Below are positions 8,917-18,287 of a stretch of DNA of 64,000 bases, one piece after another. Both the position numbers and the translations under genes were made by a program. Positions within the stretch are counted from its first letter, which is position 1; each line of letters begins with the position of its first letter. The notes under the pieces were generated by a model, which saw nothing but the letters and a program-made list of their open reading frames with translations, was not told the DNA's origin and searched no databases. Origin of the DNA: Candidatus Obscuribacteraceae bacterium (GTDB lineage Bacteria > Cyanobacteriota > Vampirovibrionia > Obscuribacterales > Obscuribacteraceae); contig JBGAHS010000009.1 of NCBI GenBank assembly GCA_044226015.1, forward strand, positions 160,001 through 224,000, read 5' to 3'.

Positions 8917-10356
8917 ATGTTCTTGAAGAAAAACCTGAAAGCGCTGCAAACACTTATTGCCACTGCTTTCCTGATGGGTAGTTTTAATGGTCCAGCTGCC
9001 TGGTCTGCTGTTCAGGCTGCTTCAGGAGCCGGACAAGATGAGAAATCCGCCGCTGAAGCCATAGACTTGCTAAAGCAATATCTCCGTATTGATACGACAA
9101 ACCCTCCAGGTAATGAAACTAAGGGTGCTCAGTTTCTCGCTGATGTTTTGAATAAGAATGGCATTGAAGCCAAGCTCTACGAAACTTCTCCGGGGCGTTC
9201 TTGCGTTTATGCTCGTTTAAAGGGCAACGGCAAGAAAAAAGCGATAGTGCTGCTAAATCATATTGATGTGGTTCCAGCACGTGGAGAGGATTGGGACCAT
9301 CCACCATTCTCGGGAGAAATTTTCGACGGTGAAATATGGGGACGTGGCACTGTTGATATGAAGGGCATCGCCATTGCTCAGCTCGAGTCTATGTTGATGA
9401 TTAAACGATCTGGTAAGACGCAAGACCGCGACATCATTTTTCTGGGAACCCCAGATGAAGAGGTCGGCGGAGCTCATGGCGCTTCGTGGTTCACCTCTAA
9501 CCATCCAGAACTCGTGAAAGATGCTGAGTTTTTGTTCAATGAAGGAGCCTTTATTGATGCCGATGATAGCGGCAAGGCTCGGTATTGCGGTGTTGCAATA
9601 TCGGAAAAGTCGGTGTTGTGGTTGAGTCTTACCGCTAAAGGTGACGCTGGTCATGCATCGATGCCTATGCCAGACTCATCTGTGAACAGGTTGGTGCGTT
9701 CATTAAATAAAATCGTAGAGAACCCACCAGCGCCTACGGTATTACCTGCGGTGCGCGAATACTTTAAGCGAATAAGCCCTACAGTTGGCGAACCCTATAA
9801 ATCCGCTTTCGCTAATATTGATGAATCAGTAAAGAAGCCTGAGCTTTATCAGGATATTTTGAAAGACAAATTCAGAAGCGCGATGTTGCGCAACACAGTC
9901 TCACCAACTGTATTGAAATCTGGCTACAAAACAAATGTCATTCCGGCCGAAGCCTATGCGGAACTTGATTGCCGCATTCTTCCTGGTGTGACTAAGGATC
10001 AGTTTGTAGGAAGCATCAAAGACACTATAAAGGATCCATCAGTAGAGGTTGGTGTGCTTGATTGGGTTCACACTGATGCATCGCCTTACGACACAGAGTG
10101 TTTTAGCGCGATAAATAAAGTCATCGCAAAAGAGATGCCCGGAGTTCCAGTTGTGCCCATGGTTATGCCCTGGTTCACAGACTCTCATTGGTTCAGAGAT
10201 CTCGGAATAGCTTCTTACGGTTTCGTACCAATTCGAGTGGATCAGGTGCATCTTGCCTCGATGCATGGAAAGAACGAGCGAATTCAAGTCGCCAACTATA
10301 AAGAAGCGCTGAAAATATTCTATGAAGTTCTGGACGAACTCTGTTGCAGTAAATAA
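8917..10356 (+). CDS. Exported M20/M25/M40-family metallopeptidase
   Basis: HIDVVP, GRGTVDMKG, DEEVGG and HGKNER motifs, with an N-terminal signal peptide. Confidence 0.92.
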   Translation: MFLKKNLKALQTLIATAFLMGSFNGPAAWSAVQAASGAGQDEKSAAEAIDLLKQYLRIDTTNPPGNETKGAQFLADVLNKNGIEAKLYETSPGRSCVYARLKGNGKKKAIVLLNHIDVVPARGEDWDHPPFSGEIFDGEIWGRGTVDMKGIAIAQLESMLMIKRSGKTQDRDIIFLGTPDEEVGGAHGASWFTSNHPELVKDAEFLFNEGAFIDADDSGKARYCGVAISEKSVLWLSLTAKGDAGHASMPMPDSSVNRLVRSLNKIVENPPAPTVLPAVREYFKRISPTVGEPYKSAFANIDESVKKPELYQDILKDKFRSAMLRNTVSPTVLKSGYKTNVIPAEAYAELDCRILPGVTKDQFVGSIKDTIKDPSVEVGVLDWVHTDASPYDTECFSAINKVIAKEMPGVPVVPMVMPWFTDSHWFRDLGIASYGFVPIRVDQVHLASMHGKNERIQVANYKEALKIFYEVLDELCCSK

Positions 10357-10386
10357 TTGTATTGCGCTAGTGCTTGCTATGTGAGT

Positions 10387-11034
10387 CTACTGCTTCGGCG
10401 ATGAGCCGTTCAGTTCTTTTACTATGCGCATAGCCTCAGTAACGTGTTTTGAGCCGTCCATCATTGAGTTGAAGGTGTAGCGTACTACACCCTCTTTGTC
10501 GATAACATAAGTTACTCTTCCGGGAATTAAGCCTGCCGTATTTGGCACACCGAAGGCTTTCCGCGCCATACCACTCTTGTCTGCAAGCAGAGGAAATGGC
10601 AGATGGTGCTTTTCCGCGAAGCCTTTGTGAGACTCCACTGAGTCAGAGCTAACTCCGATTACTTCCGCGCCTAGATCTTTGAACGACTCATAGCTATCGC
10701 GAAACGAACAAGCTTCGGCTGTGCAAACGCTGGTGTTGTCCTTAGGATAAAAATAGAGAACAACTACTGTTTTGCCAAGAAATTCCTTTAGGGTGACGAT
10801 TTTTCCGCTCTGGTCAGGCAGTGCCAGGTCTGGTGCTTTATCGTTCACGCCAACTTTAGAAGCCATGTTTCCATCCTCGTTCTTCCTATCTTTAGACTCA
10901 GTGCTGTTATGTTCTGCAGATTTGTTTCCCTTGCGGAATGGAATTGCTTGAGATTCCGGTAGACCGCATTGAAAAGAACCTGCTAGCAGAAGAATGAGTG
11001 CGATGGTTCTCTCAGTTTTATTCATAACTTTCAT
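10387..11034 (-). CDS. bcp: Peroxiredoxin BCP/PrxQ
   Basis: YFYPKDNTSVCTAEAC (PxxxTxxC plus resolving Cys) and GRVTYVID. Signal-peptide-like N-terminal extension. Confidence 0.92.
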   Translation of the reverse strand: MKVMNKTERTIALILLLAGSFQCGLPESQAIPFRKGNKSAEHNSTESKDRKNEDGNMASKVGVNDKAPDLALPDQSGKIVTLKEFLGKTVVVLYFYPKDNTSVCTAEACSFRDSYESFKDLGAEVIGVSSDSVESHKGFAEKHHLPFPLLADKSGMARKAFGVPNTAGLIPGRVTYVIDKEGVVRYTFNSMMDGSKHVTEAMRIVKELNGSSPKQ

Positions 11035-11036
11035 CT

Positions 11037-11543
11037 TTACCTTGGAATAGCTAAGTCTTGGACTACATGCAGGTTTGGTAGTTTCAAGAGTTCCTGAGGA
11101 TTGATCAACAGCTTACTGCTGCGATTGCCGCCGCCCAGTACTACTTGTTCGTTTTCCATCACCCGAGCATCAATCAGAATAGGTATTCCAGAGACTCCTA
11201 CCGGTGTCACTCCGCCAATTTCCATTCCTGTTAACTCTTTTGTTTGATCAGCACTTGCGAAAGAGCACTTTTTGATTTCCAATTGCTTGCATACAGCTTT
11301 GTTCACATCAAGTTTGCAAGTAGCCAGAATGACACAACAAGCGTATTTCGTTGGTGCGGATTTGCCGGCTGCGATAATTGCATTGCATGTTTGCTCTGGA
11401 GCGAATCCATAGTTTGCGCAGAATTCTGCGGTGTCTGCCAGATTAGGATCACATTCTATGGAGTCGAAGGACAAATTCAACTCTTTTATTGTTGCAATAA
11501 CTTGAGGGTGGAGGATATCGAGTTTATCAACCATTTCTGTCAC
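11037..11543 (-). CDS. YbaK/EbsC-family aminoacyl-tRNA deacylase-like protein
   Basis: SFAS....ELTGMEIGGVTPVG and VLGGGNRSSKL motifs. Confidence 0.88.
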   Translation of the reverse strand: MTEMVDKLDILHPQVIATIKELNLSFDSIECDPNLADTAEFCANYGFAPEQTCNAIIAAGKSAPTKYACCVILATCKLDVNKAVCKQLEIKKCSFASADQTKELTGMEIGGVTPVGVSGIPILIDARVMENEQVVLGGGNRSSKLLINPQELLKLPNLHVVQDLAIPR

Positions 11544-11568
11544 CTGCGGGAGTCAATATTTTACACTC

Positions 11569-12714
11569 ATGGTCGAGACTATTCATATAATTGAATCTAT
11601 GTTCACGACTGTCGGAAAATTGAACCAGATTTGCAGAGTCTTGTTAACTCTGCCGATGCTATTTCAGCTTAGCGAATTAGCTGTGAATGCGGCTCCTGCA
11701 AAGAGTTCGATGAAGAAATTCGTTACCGGGTCCAGAATGAGTACCGCAAAAGATGCTGTAAACGAATCCGAAAAGGAATCCTCGAAGAAAGCTACTTACA
11801 GTGCCACGAATAAAGCCGGAAAGAGAATTCTTGCGAAAGATGGCTACTCTGTTTCGACGAAAGTCGGACCGTACAGAGCGTATTCTAACCTTCCATATAT
11901 TCCAGGTGGCAAAAACAAGGCACAGACGCTAGACCTATACATTCCGAAATCGAAAATACATGCTGCACCATTTCCTTTAGTCATCAATGTTCATGGAGGT
12001 GGCTGGGGGGCTGGTTCTAAGGACAACCCGCCCTGTCTTGACGAACTCTGCGGAAATGGAATTGCAGTTGCCAGTGTTGAATACAGGTTTGTGAAGGAGG
12101 CTGGTTTTCCTGCTCAGTTGCACGACGTAAAGGCCGCAGTGCGTTGGCTAAAATCTAACGCTACCAAATACGGTATTGACGCTCGTCGATTTGGAGTCAT
12201 TGGTGGCTCTGCCGGAGGTCATCTTGCAGCGCTTCTAGGAACGAATAATCATCGGCCTGAGTTGGAAGGTAATTTGGGCGAACGAAATAGCGATAGCGAT
12301 ATATCTTGTGTGGTAGATCTTGCTGGTCCAACGAATATGTTCAGTTTGGATCTTCCTGCAAAATTCTTGCCTGAGAAAGGACTACTATCTAAACCGAGTA
12401 TCCATCTGTATCCGAGATGGGGATTGGCGTATTCGCTTTTGAAAGACTCTCCAGCTGCCTGTCCCGATCTGGCGAGGCTGGCAAGTCCTGTTTTTTGGAT
12501 GAACAAGAAGTCGGCACCATTTCTGATTTTCCATGGCATGCAGGACACCGTAGTGCCATTCAAGCAAAGTCTTGAACTAAACGAAGTGCTTCAAAAGATC
12601 GGTGTTTCCTGCGATTTAGTTTTGGTTCCAGGCAAAGGGCATGCTGACCTCGGCGCAGATCTGGATAAGAGGATTGTTTCATTTTTCAAGAAGCACTTAT
12701 TAGCGACTTACTAA
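11569..12714 (+). CDS. Alpha/beta hydrolase (HSL/BD-FAE-like esterase)
   Basis: HGGGW oxyanion motif, GGSAGG nucleophile elbow, HGMQDTVVP and GKGH. The exact start is uncertain. Confidence 0.9.
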   Translation: MVETIHIIESMFTTVGKLNQICRVLLTLPMLFQLSELAVNAAPAKSSMKKFVTGSRMSTAKDAVNESEKESSKKATYSATNKAGKRILAKDGYSVSTKVGPYRAYSNLPYIPGGKNKAQTLDLYIPKSKIHAAPFPLVINVHGGGWGAGSKDNPPCLDELCGNGIAVASVEYRFVKEAGFPAQLHDVKAAVRWLKSNATKYGIDARRFGVIGGSAGGHLAALLGTNNHRPELEGNLGERNSDSDISCVVDLAGPTNMFSLDLPAKFLPEKGLLSKPSIHLYPRWGLAYSLLKDSPAACPDLARLASPVFWMNKKSAPFLIFHGMQDTVVPFKQSLELNEVLQKIGVSCDLVLVPGKGHADLGADLDKRIVSFFKKHLLATY

Positions 12715-12744
12715 TGTGCGACTCACTAATGTGCGACTCACTAA
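12703..12744. repeat. 15-bp tandem repeat, about 3 copies
   Basis: GCGACTTACTAATGT GCGACTCACTAATGT GCGACTCACTAA, spanning the esterase stop codon. Confidence 0.85.
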
Positions 12745-12830
12745 AAAGTACCTCATCAGATCATTACATCGAACACTTTTTTGTCTTGGCAGAGTACAGT
12801 AGGGACATTGAAAAGCTCAAGGAGTGCGGG

Positions 12831-13151
12831 ATGTCTAAACGCAATACTACGGATATCGAAAACACCACTGATATATCAGAGGTAGTTCCGAAAGCAACCA
12901 AGCGCACACGAAAAACGACGGCAGAGAAAACTGCTGATGGTGGCACAGTCAAAAAAAGAGTGAGCCGTAAGGCCACAGCGCAAACCGCAATGGAAACAGC
13001 TAGAAACGTCGCAGTCGCTGAGCATGAAGACCCTGAACTTCAAAGCCTTTTGCTTCAGGTCGACACAATGCTAACTGAAATGACTCAATCAAAGTGGTTG
13101 TCCTCTGATTGGCCATCTTTAGAGATTGATTTCGGAAATTCGAAAAAGTAA
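12831..13151 (+). CDS. Hypothetical protein with Lys/Arg/Thr-rich N-terminal half
   Basis: SD AAGGAG precedes ATG 12831. Confidence 0.7.
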   Translation: MSKRNTTDIENTTDISEVVPKATKRTRKTTAEKTADGGTVKKRVSRKATAQTAMETARNVAVAEHEDPELQSLLLQVDTMLTEMTQSKWLSSDWPSLEIDFGNSKK

Positions 13152-13177
13152 TCAGCTTCTCCTGTAGGAAAAGCGTC

Positions 13178-13501
13178 GTGGGCAGAATTTTTTTCAGGCT
13201 CTTGCAAGTTAGCCTAATTTTGGGCGGTGGAGCTTTGCTTGGTTTTCTGCTTGGGCTCGCTTACGCCTCGCATTTGTACGGAACTGCACCTGTTGTGGCG
13301 CAGCTTCAAGCCTGGTTCGCCGGGGACACGCTCTCGGATAATCTACCTATAGATATCCGAGGTAGTATATTGCGATATCCGGTATCAATGATACCTGTGC
13401 TCGGTTCTTGTTTTGGTTTCTTCTTTGCGCTTTCATCCCTCTTCGGCCATTTGATGATGAGGGGAATTATTAATGCACTCAAAGAGAAGGGACAACTCTG
13501 A
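13178..13501 (+). CDS. Small two-TM membrane protein
   Basis: Two hydrophobic helices. The 3' end overlaps the convergent kinase gene by 23 bp. Confidence 0.65.
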   Translation: MGRIFFRLLQVSLILGGGALLGFLLGLAYASHLYGTAPVVAQLQAWFAGDTLSDNLPIDIRGSILRYPVSMIPVLGSCFGFFFALSSLFGHLMMRGIINALKEKGQL

Positions 13502-15686
13502 GAATGTTTGACGTGCTTTTACCTTTTTTTGATTCCTCAACAGACTTCTGAATTCTATCCAAAGCGGATTCAAGTTCTTTGATTATGTGCTCTGGCTTGT
13601 GTTCGTCCTTTGCCATTTTCAACCCTTGTGTAATCTGAACAAGTATCTGATCGAGGTTTGCATTCAGGGGATAAATGTCGCTTGCTTTCAGGAGCGCATC
13701 TATTGCAAGAGCATGGTTGTTGTGACGTCCGAAGAGTTCTGTGGATGCGTGAAGAAAAGCTTGGGCTAAATCGAACGAGTCGGTTTCAAGTTCTTTAGAC
13801 TTGCATTCTTTTATGTACTGAGTCAAATTGTCTCGCCATTTTGAATTCTGTTGGTTTGATGTTCTTTCCTCATGGTCAATAATCAAGTAAATTGTCTTGA
13901 TTCTATATTGCGATGGAATAACGCGCTCCGAAGCAAGATCTTTTAGCGCAGTGTCGTCATGTCGCAGCCACTCTCTTAAGTATGCAATTTTGAATTTTAC
14001 GTACGAGTTTGCATCGTGATACATTTGACCTGGAACGCCTTCAGGCAGTTTGAGAATAAGGAGAGCAGTGGACCTTGCAGGGGCTTTGGTGTTCTCTTTG
14101 TAGTCTTCGTATTTATCAATCAGTACTTTCGCTTCTTCGAAATGGTCTAGCGCTTCTTGATGATGTCCTTGTTCTTCATAGTATTCACCAAGGAGGATCG
14201 GCGCTACAAAAGCGTCCCAGGCAATTTGTCCTTGTATCTTGGAACATTCCACTGCTTTTTGGAGAAAAGTAAGCGGTTCTTTTGTTTTTGTTTTGCCTTT
14301 GCCTTTGCCTTTGCTCAAGTTTATTTCGTAGTAAGCGTTGCTGTAGAGCTGGCAATAGGCAGAATATCTGTACTTCTTTGGCATGTTTTGCTGGGAGAGT
14401 ATGTCGTTCAAAATGGAATCAGACCTTTGCAAATTTTGTAACCTCATAGCAGTCGTCAGGTTCTCGTTAAAATTACGGTCTGCTATCTGGCTAGCAGTCT
14501 GCAGCTGCTGGATTACACTTTTTTCTTTGAAGCGATGATTTTGAGGAGGTCTACTGATATCTTTCGTACTCTTGGATGAAAAAAATAGAATAGATACGGC
14601 TGTTAGTATTAGCAGTGTGAGCATGGAGACGGACAAGGGCATTCTAGATTTCTTTCCTGTCTGTGTCATTTTTTCAATGTCTTGTTGATTTTGAAAAATG
14701 CTTTGCAGCTCTGCCATTGACGGGCGTAGTTGGGGATTCTTATTTAGAAGTCTCTCTATCAATTTCTTTATGGCAAGAGGAATGTCATCCCTCATTGCTG
14801 CTGGCGGAGAATCCCTTTTTAACAGCATTGTATGCATGGCATTCTCTCCCGACCATGGAGGGTAGCCATTAATGGATTCGAACATGATGATTCCCAATGA
14901 GAAAACTTCACTTTTTTCATCGGCTACTTTGCCTTCGCATTGCTCTGGGCTGAGGTAATTGACGGTGCCGACAATAAACCCTGTTTTCGTCAGTTTGTTT
15001 TTTTCGGCTTCGTTTGCTTTTGGGATGAGTTTTGCCAATCCAAAATCTATTAGCGTACATTTCGAGACTGCCGAGCTGCTGCTGCTGGTCGCCCCTATGA
15101 TCAGGTTCGCTGGCTTAAGATCGCGATGGAGCACTTTGTGATTATGCAGGTAAGCCATCGCACTAACAAGTGTGCCGAAGATTTCGACGAACTCATCCGC
15201 TGGCAATCTTTTGTTTACCGACAGCATTTCTTGCAGTGATTTTCCATCAACGTATTCACTGATTAAGGCTGGTGCATTGTCTCTGTTGAATGTGTATGAA
15301 AGTACTTTCTGAATGTTTGGATGCTGAAGTTCACTTAGTATCGTTGCTTCCCTGCGGAACCTACTGTGTTCTATATCCAAATCTTGATTGAACTTGTTGA
15401 ATAGTTTTATCGACACCATTCGTTGTGTCGACAATTGAATTGCCTTGTATACAGTGGCACTTGCTCCATCCCCTAGTTTGGATACAATGCGGTAGCCTTC
15501 TGGAGCAACATTTTCTTCTTCCTCTTCTGCAGCGGGATCCGTTGCAGATGTTTTTGATAAACCCTTATTTGACCCATCTGCATTTTCTTTCGCTGCAGCG
15601 GGATCTGGTGCAGATGTCTTCGCTGAACCGTCTGCACTCGCTACTTGTTTTAGTTCATCTTGGTCTGGGTCCATTGATTGGGCCAT
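13479..15686 (-). CDS. Membrane-anchored Hanks-type Ser/Thr protein kinase with helical/TPR-like C-terminal region
   Basis: LGDGASATVY, VSIK, HRDLKPAN, DFG and YLSPE motifs, then a TM segment (VSMLTLLILTAVSILFF). Confidence 0.93.
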   Translation of the reverse strand: MAQSMDPDQDELKQVASADGSAKTSAPDPAAAKENADGSNKGLSKTSATDPAAEEEEENVAPEGYRIVSKLGDGASATVYKAIQLSTQRMVSIKLFNKFNQDLDIEHSRFRREATILSELQHPNIQKVLSYTFNRDNAPALISEYVDGKSLQEMLSVNKRLPADEFVEIFGTLVSAMAYLHNHKVLHRDLKPANLIIGATSSSSSAVSKCTLIDFGLAKLIPKANEAEKNKLTKTGFIVGTVNYLSPEQCEGKVADEKSEVFSLGIIMFESINGYPPWSGENAMHTMLLKRDSPPAAMRDDIPLAIKKLIERLLNKNPQLRPSMAELQSIFQNQQDIEKMTQTGKKSRMPLSVSMLTLLILTAVSILFFSSKSTKDISRPPQNHRFKEKSVIQQLQTASQIADRNFNENLTTAMRLQNLQRSDSILNDILSQQNMPKKYRYSAYCQLYSNAYYEINLSKGKGKGKTKTKEPLTFLQKAVECSKIQGQIAWDAFVAPILLGEYYEEQGHHQEALDHFEEAKVLIDKYEDYKENTKAPARSTALLILKLPEGVPGQMYHDANSYVKFKIAYLREWLRHDDTALKDLASERVIPSQYRIKTIYLIIDHEERTSNQQNSKWRDNLTQYIKECKSKELETDSFDLAQAFLHASTELFGRHNNHALAIDALLKASDIYPLNANLDQILVQITQGLKMAKDEHKPEHIIKELESALDRIQKSVEESKKGKSTSNILRVVPSL

Positions 15687-15942
15687 TGCAAACTACTTCT
15701 TTTTCGTTCCACATGGTCAGCAAGATCAAGCAAAAAGCGTTGATGTTCTGGGCCAAGCTAAATGATTGAATAAAACCCGCGATCCCCTTGTGCCACTGGT
15801 CACGAGAGTTTTCGGGCTGCTGTGGAATTGTGTACGTCTTCACTCGTGAAATTACCAATGTACAAGTCTTTTGGGCTATATTACACTCCTCTAAGAAAAC
15901 TCGGCAGGTTTTGGGCAATGGAATTATTCGGCTGGTTGATCT

Positions 15943-17361
15943 GTGAAAGAAGTAGAAGAAAATACCAAAACTGTTGAGCGTACATCCGATGAGAGTGCTC
16001 CGAATAACGCACTGCGGGATGTTTACAAGGAACTTGGATGGACTCCGCCTGCTTCCAGTTCTGCTAACTCAGGTTCTCGCTCAACGCAGGAAACTGATAA
16101 ACCGGGTCCGACAAATCAATCTGGTCCGGAGTCGGGTCTGCATCACAAATCGCCGTTTGAAAAAGGCAACAGCAAGTCTGGAACCGGAGAACTTCCGGAC
16201 TGGCTGCAATCTATTCAAAATAAGAAATTTCAAGATGGAAAGACTCCAGATGGAACTGGTGGTTCTGATGGGCAAAAATCAGCGCAAGTTCCATCGCGTG
16301 ATCAAGCGCCACCGAAGGATCAAGCGCCACCGAAGGAGCAAGTGCCACCAAAGGATCAGTTACCGCAAGGACAGGCATCAAGAGAGATCGATTCCTTTTC
16401 TGTCAAGGGTCTTCCGTTGCCACCGTTTGAAATTCCGGGTACTCGGACGGAAATCAATCGAAAAGATTCACCACTGCCTAGCATTTACAAGGACCATCTT
16501 CCTCCTTTCAAAGTTGAGGATGGGCGAGATAAGTACGGAGTGGGACCTCGCGTTGAGTCCGGACCAGGAAAACTATATGAACTTCGCAGGCTAGATAATA
16601 GAGCTGGCGATCACTCGTCTCCAGATGCGATGGTTCGAATTCCATCCGACTTTGACCCAAGCAAACCAGTCAATCTTGTAATTTACAATCATGGATGGAG
16701 AAGTAGTGCACAAGATGCCTACAAGGAAAGCGATTTTGAAAGTCAGATGCGTAAGGCGCCACCAAATTCGGTGTTAATCGTTCCGGAATGGCAGCGCACC
16801 GCTGGTGCTAGTAATGGAGATCAAGGGCGATTCTCTGAACCAAACCGCTTCCGGAATATGCTGCAGGAAGTATTCAACAAAACGCCTGAGCTGAAAGGCA
16901 AGACCTTGAATGATGTTGAGAGCATTGATATCTTCTCTCACTCTGCTGGATACAACGCCACCAATACCGAAGTGTACAAAAATGGTTTGATAGATAAGAT
17001 TCGGAACATCACTATGCTTGATTCGAATTATGATGGATCAGGCATGGATAGCTGGATCCGTCATAACATCAATGACCTTGCTTCGGGTAAGAAGCACTTC
17101 ATCAATATTTTCAATGACACTGTGAATAACAGTAAGGGGCAAGCTGAGCGTGTCACACAAATGCTTCGCAATGCTGGTTTGAAAACTCAAGTCTACAAGG
17201 ATTACAGTCATCCTAATTCCATGCTATCTGAACAAGAGATTGCGCAGAACCCTATCATCTTCAAGTTCTCTAAAGTCACCACTCCAGGTTGGGGGGAACA
17301 TGGAAGTTTGCCGTTGATTTATCTTGGTCCTATTGAGGCCGTTCGCAGAAAAGGTCAGTAG
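15943..17361 (+). CDS. Hypothetical protein: disordered N-terminus plus alpha/beta-hydrolase-like C-terminal domain
   Basis: VIYNHGW, FSHSAGY nucleophile-elbow-like motif, MLDS and C-terminal EHG. Confidence 0.75.
   Translation: MKEVEENTKTVERTSDESAPNNALRDVYKELGWTPPASSSANSGSRSTQETDKPGPTNQSGPESGLHHKSPFEKGNSKSGTGELPDWLQSIQNKKFQDGKTPDGTGGSDGQKSAQVPSRDQAPPKDQAPPKEQVPPKDQLPQGQASREIDSFSVKGLPLPPFEIPGTRTEINRKDSPLPSIYKDHLPPFKVEDGRDKYGVGPRVESGPGKLYELRRLDNRAGDHSSPDAMVRIPSDFDPSKPVNLVIYNHGWRSSAQDAYKESDFESQMRKAPPNSVLIVPEWQRTAGASNGDQGRFSEPNRFRNMLQEVFNKTPELKGKTLNDVESIDIFSHSAGYNATNTEVYKNGLIDKIRNITMLDSNYDGSGMDSWIRHNINDLASGKKHFINIFNDTVNNSKGQAERVTQMLRNAGLKTQVYKDYSHPNSMLSEQEIAQNPIIFKFSKVTTPGWGEHGSLPLIYLGPIEAVRRKGQ
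16300..16371 (+). repeat. 18-bp coding tandem repeat (DQAPPK-like x4)
   Basis: GATCAAGCGCCACCGAAG x2 followed by two degenerate copies. Confidence 0.85.
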
Positions 17362-17536
17362 GCCGGTTTGAAATTATCGATTTGGATTATCTTCGCTGTC
17401 ATTCTGAGGGAGCGAATTTCCCTGTGCTGCGAACAACGGGCAAGTGTTTCCAAATCTGTTTGTCAAGCGGGCGGGTGGCTAAGTAGTTTGCGCTTGCCCT
17501 TATACATATATGTTGATGGCAAATTGCATGTCTGGT

Positions 17537-17664
17537 TGTAAGGCGCTGGCAAGGCAGCCAAAAATCAAAACTGGAACGGTACCGTTTGAGCTTTTCAAAT
17601 GAGCGGTGGATGTAAGGCGCTGGGAACGGAGCAAAAAGTCAAAACTGGAACGGTACCGGTTCAG
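17537..17664. repeat. Two imperfect ~50-bp direct repeats (74-bp period), each ending in a GGTACC-centred palindrome
   Basis: TGTAAGGCGCTGG...TCAAAACTGGAACGGTACCG at 17537 and 17611. Confidence 0.85.
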
Positions 17665-17850
17665 TTCTGAGTGAGAGAGTCAAGAGCTGCTCTTGTTTTC
17701 AAGTGGCTCATTTTATTATCGGACTCTGTGATGCTTGCTTAAAATCGGTCAAGATCCGCTTCAGAAGCCGCCTGGCACAGCAAGCGTCAGTCTTTGTTCT
17801 CTTGACTGTTTGTTGAAACCGGCTTAAGAACTGCTTTCAAACAGACTACG

Positions 17851-17866
17851 TATGAAATTCGTCACA
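17851..17866. promoter_or_regulatory. Candidate CRP/FNR-family binding site
   Basis: TATGA-aattcg-TCACA, a 9/10 match to TGTGA-N6-TCACA. Confidence 0.3.
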
Positions 17867-18287
17867 GAGAATGGTCGGAATGCTTTTGTCTGTCTTGTGT
17901 TAAGAAGCTTGTATAAAGAACCGTTTTATTGATCGTAAAAAGGGGACTTGCCGTAAACGTATACAAGTACTCTGTTTCGGGACTTTGCGGGTGTAAGCTT
18001 AAGCAGAATGAATGTCTGAATCATTTAGCTGAAATAAATTTTTGCGATTCGCCATATACGTAAACTGTATGATGTACCTCCTGTTTGTTCCAAATCCGTC
18101 ACCCCATGGCGCATTTCGAAATAAGAGCAGCTTAATGTAGCAGCTCGGATGGTCACATGGGTGAGAATTCTCGGGCAAGCAAGGCGGGACTTGTAGTCAG
18201 CCTGGCAGCAGATGTTTCTGCCGCCTCGGAAAGGCAACAAGCGTGTAAATCAGGACTCAAACGAGTCAAAAAGGAGTTAACGCGATA

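Noticed and set aside
12714..12830. Extended N-terminus MCDSLMCDSL of ORF 12714
   Set aside because: Produced by the 15-bp tandem repeat. The strong SD supports ATG 12831.
15974..16594. 206-aa Arg-rich overlapping ORF
   Set aside because: An alternate frame of the low-complexity repeat region of 15943-17361.
17537..17664. Possible CRISPR array
   Set aside because: Only two imperfect ~50-bp copies, no series of unique spacers and no cas genes in the window.
17940..18075. Sigma70 promoter for the S10 operon (TTGCGA / TATGAT)
   Set aside because: The spacing is 20 nt, and other -35/-10 pairs are also mis-spaced. A promoter must exist, but I cannot place it.
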